A stretch of 55,540 nt of DNA, from assembly GCA_905182725.1 (NCBI GenBank), contig CAJJCQ010000016.1:1-55540 (forward strand), read 5' to 3'. A model generated the notes under the pieces. It was not told the origin of the DNA. It was given only the letters and a program-made list of their open reading frames with translations, and did no database searches. This document shows, piece by piece, positions 49,752 through 55,540 of the stretch. Within the stretch, counting starts at the first letter, position 1. Every line of letters begins with the position of its first letter. A program made the position numbers and the translations under genes. This DNA is from an uncultured Candidatus Poseidoniales archaeon (lineage in GTDB: Archaea; Thermoplasmatota; Poseidoniia; Poseidoniales; Poseidoniaceae).

Positions 49752-51806
49752 TTAATCCCACTTTGAACTTTCATTGAAGTACCGAGCAGCGAGTGTTCTT
49801 GCTTTTTTCCGTCGTTGGTATTCAGTTCTGCTTGCAAATGCACAGAGAATCATTCCAAGAAGAGTCACAGGTGTAGAATAACCGATGAGACCAGATGCAT
49901 TCTCGATGTTGATCTGTGAAGGGATATCTTTGATATCAAATCCAGGTGAGTCAGTGAAACGGATATCTAAGAGGTCGAAATCACAGTCGCAAAGGCTCAC
50001 GGATATTTGCTTGGGGAAGAGGTTTGCTTGAAGCAGAACCCAATCGTTAGCACTGACTGATGTTGGCCGAGTCGCCCATGCTGGAACACTAATTGAACCT
50101 GATGCTGGAGCTGTAACCATGTCGAAATCAACATGGAAAATTGAAGACTTTGGAGGCTCATCAACGACCATCATTGCTTCGAGCATCAACAAATCCAGCA
50201 GAAGAGTGCGCCCTGCAAACAGAATGAAGCGAACCGTCTGTTGTTCAAGCATGCCTTCATCGGTCGTTTGAACTCCACCACGCGCTACTTGGGAAAAGAT
50301 GGCTTGGTCCATACGCAGTTCTTGTAGTTCTGGAAGAATCAATTGCCAACGACCATCGGGGAGTGGCTGCGCCTCTTCGACGACAAGACGGAGTTGCAAA
50401 TTATCACCGTCTAACATACCCCAAGTCGCACCAAGATGAGTAGCAAGGACCTGTTCTGGAACCCCTGGATAAGAGACGTCCCACAACTGTTGAAGTCGCA
50501 TTTCAATTAAATCATCAACCTGTATTTCAGAATCAGTTTGAACTTCTTCAGCCAAAACCCACATTGGATGGAAGATACCACCCACGAGTAACAAAATCAC
50601 ACCGGGTGAAAAGAGACCAAAACGAAGTACATTTGAGGTCGAATTACGGAGGCTATCAACCACAAATCCAATCAAGACGATAAAGGAAATAAAAAGAAGA
50701 CCAAAGCCAGATTGTGTGAGTGATATTGCTTTATCTTCATCACCTAAAATGGCGGTACCAGCGGGGTAGAATGCATCGCTATCAAATTCGTATGGACTCA
50801 AAGGGCCGATTCCTTCAAATGCGAGTTGTCCTGTCCAAATGTAGGGTTGAAATTTGCCTGCAGTTCCACCAATACAGAAGATATATTCTCCAACGGGTAG
50901 AGCGCGCCAACGATAGGTCATTCGAGTTGAGTCATCATCTTCTTTGATAATCACTTCTGGCGCCTTCGAGAGACGTCCGGAAGGTTGAATCAAATCAGGA
51001 AGACCGTGGCTTTGTTGTATCTCGATTGGAACACTTTCCCATTCTAAGTAGATGTTTAACAATTCATGTTCTCCAATTTCAAAGGTCCAGCAATCTCGAT
51101 CGTTTTCGAGTAAGGCACCATAGTGAATTGTTTCAAAATCGGTCAATCTTGGTTCAAGGTCACTGGATGGCTCATCTGTGTTACGTGAATCCACATCTTC
51201 GGACCATGGGATTTCTAAATTCAAGAAAGATGCTCCACGTAGGTGTAATTCCCATGTCCCTGGCCGATCGAGAATAAATGTCACTCGTAATCGCACGGGG
51301 TCTTCCGGCCATAGTAATCGATCTCCATTCAGATTGAGTTCTGCATTTTCCAAGGTGTAGGGGTTTGAGGTGCCCCCCACCGGTATGATTTCTGCCTCAA
51401 AGTCCCATGTGGTAACGGTTGAACCAAGAATCAAGGAAATTTCAAGTTCAGGCTTATTGGCACCTGAAAGTTCACCGGTAAAACGTAAATCGAGTTCCAT
51501 TGAAGCTAGAATACTCGGGAGTAAGGCCACTTCTTTTTGCCGCGGTTCCATTTCAAATTCAAGCGTAATTGTATCAGGTTGTGCAGGTGATGCAAAGATG
51601 GTATCGGAAATGATTCCTTCACCACTGGCAACTGAAGTCAAGAAGCATTCATCATCTTGTATACAGGATAAAAAAAGTTCTCCGCCATCAACAGACTGGT
51701 TCAAGTTGGCTTGTACTGCAGGCATGAGAAGAGACAACAGCAGTACACTCAGAAGAAGAATCAATGGACGTAACGGTCGTTGTTCACCAACATGATGACA
51801 GCCCAT
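49752..51806 (-). CDS. Large hypothetical secreted/membrane protein
   Basis: Signal peptide (LILLLSVLLLSLLMPAVQA), acidic beta-rich ectodomains, internal TM pair and C-terminal TM + basic tail. Confidence 0.7.
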   Translation of the reverse strand: MGCHHVGEQRPLRPLILLLSVLLLSLLMPAVQANLNQSVDGGELFLSCIQDDECFLTSVASGEGIISDTIFASPAQPDTITLEFEMEPRQKEVALLPSILASMELDLRFTGELSGANKPELEISLILGSTVTTWDFEAEIIPVGGTSNPYTLENAELNLNGDRLLWPEDPVRLRVTFILDRPGTWELHLRGASFLNLEIPWSEDVDSRNTDEPSSDLEPRLTDFETIHYGALLENDRDCWTFEIGEHELLNIYLEWESVPIEIQQSHGLPDLIQPSGRLSKAPEVIIKEDDDSTRMTYRWRALPVGEYIFCIGGTAGKFQPYIWTGQLAFEGIGPLSPYEFDSDAFYPAGTAILGDEDKAISLTQSGFGLLFISFIVLIGFVVDSLRNSTSNVLRFGLFSPGVILLLVGGIFHPMWVLAEEVQTDSEIQVDDLIEMRLQQLWDVSYPGVPEQVLATHLGATWGMLDGDNLQLRLVVEEAQPLPDGRWQLILPELQELRMDQAIFSQVARGGVQTTDEGMLEQQTVRFILFAGRTLLLDLLMLEAMMVVDEPPKSSIFHVDFDMVTAPASGSISVPAWATRPTSVSANDWVLLQANLFPKQISVSLCDCDFDLLDIRFTDSPGFDIKDIPSQINIENASGLIGYSTPVTLLGMILCAFASRTEYQRRKKARTLAARYFNESSKWD

Positions 51807-51850
51807 GAGTTGTCGTATTCACCATCTTCCTTCAATTCAATGGTTTAATG

Positions 51851-52411
51851 CTAAACCAATGCGGGATTTTTCTTATCGACGAGAATCGTATTGCATTTCC
51901 GACATCGGTATCGTTTGCGTGAAGGTTTTTGACGTGGGAATTCTTGTTGGCAATCAGGACAGCACCACAGCCAAATCGCTTTTTCCAAACGTAGATGTTC
52001 TGTAAATTGAATACCTTGCTCTCCGGCTGTCCGACCCGGCCAAGCCGCCTCAAGTTGTCGGAAAAGTGCATTGTGAGCTCGTAATCCGAGTGCATGAATA
52101 TACTCATGGTGTAAGACAAAAGCAGAATATGCCTTCCACCGTTGATTCAACATTTTTGGATGAATATCAATCACTTCGACATCTTCGGGTTGGAGTGAAT
52201 GAAGGTTTACACCTCGTTTCCAACGAGTGACGCCATGACGCTGTGTCGCATTTCTTCGGAGAACACCAAGAGGGATTGAGCGCAAACGCTCAACCTTTGC
52301 ATCAACCCATTCCGGCATATCCCGCATGACTTCTATGACGAAGTCTCGCAACTCATCTAAGAGAAGAATCTGTTCTTTACTTGGTTTCGCCATTGGCAGA
52401 TTCAACTCCAT
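51851..52411 (-). CDS. SprT-like zinc metalloprotease with C-terminal zinc ribbon
   Basis: VLHHEYIHALGLRAHNALF (HExxH..H), CPDC...YRCRKC. Confidence 0.8.
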   Translation of the reverse strand: MELNLPMAKPSKEQILLLDELRDFVIEVMRDMPEWVDAKVERLRSIPLGVLRRNATQRHGVTRWKRGVNLHSLQPEDVEVIDIHPKMLNQRWKAYSAFVLHHEYIHALGLRAHNALFRQLEAAWPGRTAGEQGIQFTEHLRLEKAIWLWCCPDCQQEFPRQKPSRKRYRCRKCNTILVDKKNPALV

Positions 52412-52869
52412 CGGTGATAAGCAGGATGACCCTCTTTCACCGCAACAAACAGGCCACTGCCTGTTGCACAGACTTTGCCGTTGGCTTCCAAGAGTAATTC
52501 GACTTCAACTCGGTCATCACTCAATTCTTTGACTTGGCTGGTCACTTTGAGAGAGACGTCTGTTGGTGTAGGACGGCGTAATTTAACCGTATAAGAGGCA
52601 GTGACAGTACAAGGTGGTTCTTCGAGTCCTTGTGCATCCATGAGTGCGACTGCAGCAGTCCAATTCCCATGGCAATCAAGAAGAGTTCCAATTATTCCAC
52701 CGTTAATCATACCGGGAAAGGCTTGATGATGTGGTTCAGGAAGGTATTCCATTGAAAGTCCGTTTTCAATGCGTATGCTGTTGATTTGCAAACCTTGTTG
52801 ATTCGCTGGACCGCAACCAAAACAGATCGAACTTGGAGCGTATTGACGTTGTACACCGACTTCTTCCAT
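52402..52869 (-). CDS. PaaI family (hotdog) thioesterase
   Basis: CFGCGPANQQGL, FPGMINGGIIGTLLD, VTASYTVKLRRPTP. Confidence 0.9.
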   Translation of the reverse strand: MEEVGVQRQYAPSSICFGCGPANQQGLQINSIRIENGLSMEYLPEPHHQAFPGMINGGIIGTLLDCHGNWTAAVALMDAQGLEEPPCTVTASYTVKLRRPTPTDVSLKVTSQVKELSDDRVEVELLLEANGKVCATGSGLFVAVKEGHPAYHRWS

Positions 52870-52960
52870 GCCCTTGGGCTCACCTCTAAGCACTTGTTTT
52901 CTTTGCTTGTTTGTATGAGAATATACGCATTCTTATTGAGTGGTGTTCACTGCCGTCACC

Positions 52961-54292
52961 ATGGCAGCAAAGAAACCGCGGACGAAGTCCAAAACTCGTG
53001 TTGCTCATGAATTGCCAAAACGTAGAAGAAATGCCATTCAAGAAGCAATGGCTGCCCATAAATTAGAAGACCGACCCGAATGGGACCGAAGTGCAGAATG
53101 GACGAACACTCGCTTCTATCGTAAAATCATCAAACCAGGAACAATGCGTACGGTTCATCTCCCACTTTTAGAAACCGACCTCGGGGACTCTTGGCCCATC
53201 CCGGTTACAATTCTTCATGGCATTCGACCAGGCCCAACCATTACGATTCTTGGCGGTGTACATGGTGATGAATTGACTGGACCTTCAACATGCACGCATC
53301 TTCTTTCAAACACATTTACTGATGCAGGAAAACCTCTCGACCCAATGCAGTTGGCGGGAACAATTCGGATTGTACCAATTGTGAATTTACCGGGATACCG
53401 TTCAAAATCAAGATATTTCCCTGATGGTCGTGACTTGAACCGCAATTTCCCTGGTGACATGAAAGGTTCCACTACACGGCGAGTTGCAGCCCAAACCTGG
53501 AAGTATTTGTTTTCAGATGTTGACGCTATTGTCGATTTACACAGTGCCGGAATCGGTCGCTCAAATATGCCACAACTTCGTGCTAATTTAGCACATGCTG
53601 GTTCAAACATTCTCGCAAAAGCCTTTGGAATTGAAATCATACTCGACTCGAAACCGCCTTCTGGCTCGTTGCGTAGAGCAGCCATTGAACAGGATATTCC
53701 AGTCATTACCTACGAAGGTGGAGGGGCAAACTTGCTCGACCATGGGGCGGTCAAAGTGGCTATGCATGGCGTGTTGAATGTACTTCGTTCACTGCGTATG
53801 ATCGATGGCAATCCTCATCGCCCAAGGTTCCGAATGCTTGCAAGTGGCTCACACTGGCTACGTGCAGGAGAAAGTGGATTGTTGGATATGTTTGTCTCGG
53901 CTGGCTCCGTAATGCGAGAAGGGGAAGTCATCGCCACCATCTCAGACCCTGGAACTCCAGGAATTACTGTGGATATTGTCGCACCTGAAGATGGATTATT
54001 GATTGGAGCAGCAACCAATCCTTTCACTGCAGCCGGAATGCCTGTTGGTCATTTCTTACCAATCTCAAAGCATCTCCATTTGTTGAATGACCAAATCGAT
54101 GATAACGGTCGGTTCATCGTATGTGGCTCACAAAACGAACCTGTTTGGCGAGAAGAGAATGATGTTGATGAAGTCGCTGTTGATGGCGAATGGAGTGGCG
54201 GAGTTGTTGACCAAGAATGGACAGTTACAAAGGAAGTCAATATGGAAAAGGGCGATACGTTCACCGATAACGAAGAAGAGGCTGAGGCCTAA
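52961..54292 (+). CDS. Succinylglutamate desuccinylase/aspartoacylase (M14-type) family protein
   Basis: GGVHGDE, RDLNRNFPG, VDLHS, TYEGG, C-terminal biotinyl-like segment; basic N-terminal and acidic C-terminal extensions. Confidence 0.88.
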   Translation: MAAKKPRTKSKTRVAHELPKRRRNAIQEAMAAHKLEDRPEWDRSAEWTNTRFYRKIIKPGTMRTVHLPLLETDLGDSWPIPVTILHGIRPGPTITILGGVHGDELTGPSTCTHLLSNTFTDAGKPLDPMQLAGTIRIVPIVNLPGYRSKSRYFPDGRDLNRNFPGDMKGSTTRRVAAQTWKYLFSDVDAIVDLHSAGIGRSNMPQLRANLAHAGSNILAKAFGIEIILDSKPPSGSLRRAAIEQDIPVITYEGGGANLLDHGAVKVAMHGVLNVLRSLRMIDGNPHRPRFRMLASGSHWLRAGESGLLDMFVSAGSVMREGEVIATISDPGTPGITVDIVAPEDGLLIGAATNPFTAAGMPVGHFLPISKHLHLLNDQIDDNGRFIVCGSQNEPVWREENDVDEVAVDGEWSGGVVDQEWTVTKEVNMEKGDTFTDNEEEAEA

Positions 54293-55540
54293 TCAAGCGT
54301 TAAGAAAAGTATCGACTACGTTCTTCACTTCTTGGTCTTCCATATTCCGTCGTTGGCTTTTTGCCACTTCAAAAACATGAGCTACAAGGTCATCTGAATG
54401 TTCATAGCCGTTTTGTTCAAGCCACCAGATGATGTTTGAACGTCCCGCCATATGCCCAATTCGAATGACTTGCTTCAGACCAAAATCTCCAGCAGGAACG
54501 CCGGAGTAGACGCGGTCTGCTAACCAATTGTCACCTTTTCGCATGGCTTTGATCACGGCAGAAGCATGAACACCTGTTCCAGTTTCAAAAGCATCCATTC
54601 CAAAGACAGGATAGTTACGAGGAAGAGGTACTTCGATGTATTCGTTGGCCTTTTTCATGTAGGCATCCAATTGAGTAAGGTCGTTATCAATCACACCGAG
54701 GAGTTTGAGATTGACCAAGGTTTGGTCGAGTGGAGCATTACCTGCCCGTTCTCCAACACCTAACGCAGTTCCGTGAATCACATCGGCTCCGGCTTCAACG
54801 GCGGCGATATTGTTGGCAACACCCAAACCACGGTCTTGGTGACCGTGCCAGTTGACTTCGATTTCTGAACGCTTGTAGCCTGCATCTTTGATGACTTCTT
54901 CATCGATGAATTGCAACAATTTTTTGACGCCGTTTGGAGTGACGTGACCGCAGGTATCACAAATACAGAGGCGACGAACACCCATTTCCATTGCCCGTTG
55001 ATAGATGGCTTTGATATCTTCAGGTTTGGAACGGGTTGTGTCTTCGGTAACGAACATGACTTGAACATCGTTATCAACAGCAAAAGAAACTGCTTTTTCC
55101 ATGGTTGAAAGAAGTTTTTCGATGGTCCATCCTTCCGTGTATTGGCGAATTGGGCTGGTCCCCAAGAAAGCGCTTGCTTGGATTGGAGTACCGTGTTTGG
55201 CTTGTAAATCAACCAAGGGTTCAATATCATTCATGAGTGTTCGAACTGCAGCACCAGGCCGTATTTTGAAATCATTTTCAGTGATGTGAGACATCATTGC
55301 ATCAATGTGTTCCAAATGGTAGGGGCCGGCACCAGGAAGTCCAAGATCGACTTTCTGAATTCCAAGGTTTTCCATGAAGGTGAGTAATTCTATTTTTTCA
55401 TCAATGGTTGGATTACGAGCGCTTGGGCTTTGCAATCCATCCCGAAGTGTTTCATCATCAAACCAAACTCCATGCGGGTGGTTTGCGGGATTTCGGTTGA
55501 GTTCATACTCGACAGTATTCCAATCATAAATCAATGAGCG
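54293..55540 (-). CDS. LeuA/DRE-TIM family synthase (2-isopropylmalate/homocitrate synthase-like) without regulatory domain; start probably just outside window
   Basis: DETLRDGLQ, EDTTR, CDTCG, HGHQDRGLGVAN, GVGERAGNA, GVHA; frame open to the window edge. Confidence 0.85.
   Translation of the reverse strand, partial: RSLIYDWNTVEYELNRNPANHPHGVWFDDETLRDGLQSPSARNPTIDEKIELLTFMENLGIQKVDLGLPGAGPYHLEHIDAMMSHITENDFKIRPGAAVRTLMNDIEPLVDLQAKHGTPIQASAFLGTSPIRQYTEGWTIEKLLSTMEKAVSFAVDNDVQVMFVTEDTTRSKPEDIKAIYQRAMEMGVRRLCICDTCGHVTPNGVKKLLQFIDEEVIKDAGYKRSEIEVNWHGHQDRGLGVANNIAAVEAGADVIHGTALGVGERAGNAPLDQTLVNLKLLGVIDNDLTQLDAYMKKANEYIEVPLPRNYPVFGMDAFETGTGVHASAVIKAMRKGDNWLADRVYSGVPAGDFGLKQVIRIGHMAGRSNIIWWLEQNGYEHSDDLVAHVFEVAKSQRRNMEDQEVKNVVDTFLNA

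Overview
Gene-dense chromosomal segment of an archaeon. Archaeal r-proteins (L37e, L44e, S27e, L10e), aIF2-alpha, Nop10, ABCE1, Cgi121, Hel308 and euryarchaeal RPA occur together with bacterial-type MutS/MutL, ETF, TldD/PmbA and archaeal lipid enzymes; this mix best fits Marine Group II Thermoplasmatota (Ca. Poseidoniales), which is an inference. It holds about 50 CDS and one tRNA-Ser(CGA); I found no CRISPR array, integrase, transposase or rRNA. Unusual elements, most interesting first: (1) a tandem paralogous pair of RecB/Cas4-like Fe-S nucleases, each fused to two RPA-like OB folds, with no helicase or CRISPR partner; (2) a minimal Tad/type IV pilus motor operon led by a small protein resembling a phage tail/Mu DNA-circularisation N-domain, directly downstream of the RPA genes; (3) an MCM N-terminal-only protein; (4) a degenerate HemC-like protein; (5) a frameshifted ThiI-like gene lacking the PP-loop; (6) a PIP-box on bacterial-type MutS and tandem FxxA motifs in a Hel308 insertion. 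All family calls come from motif recognition by eye; no database searches were run.
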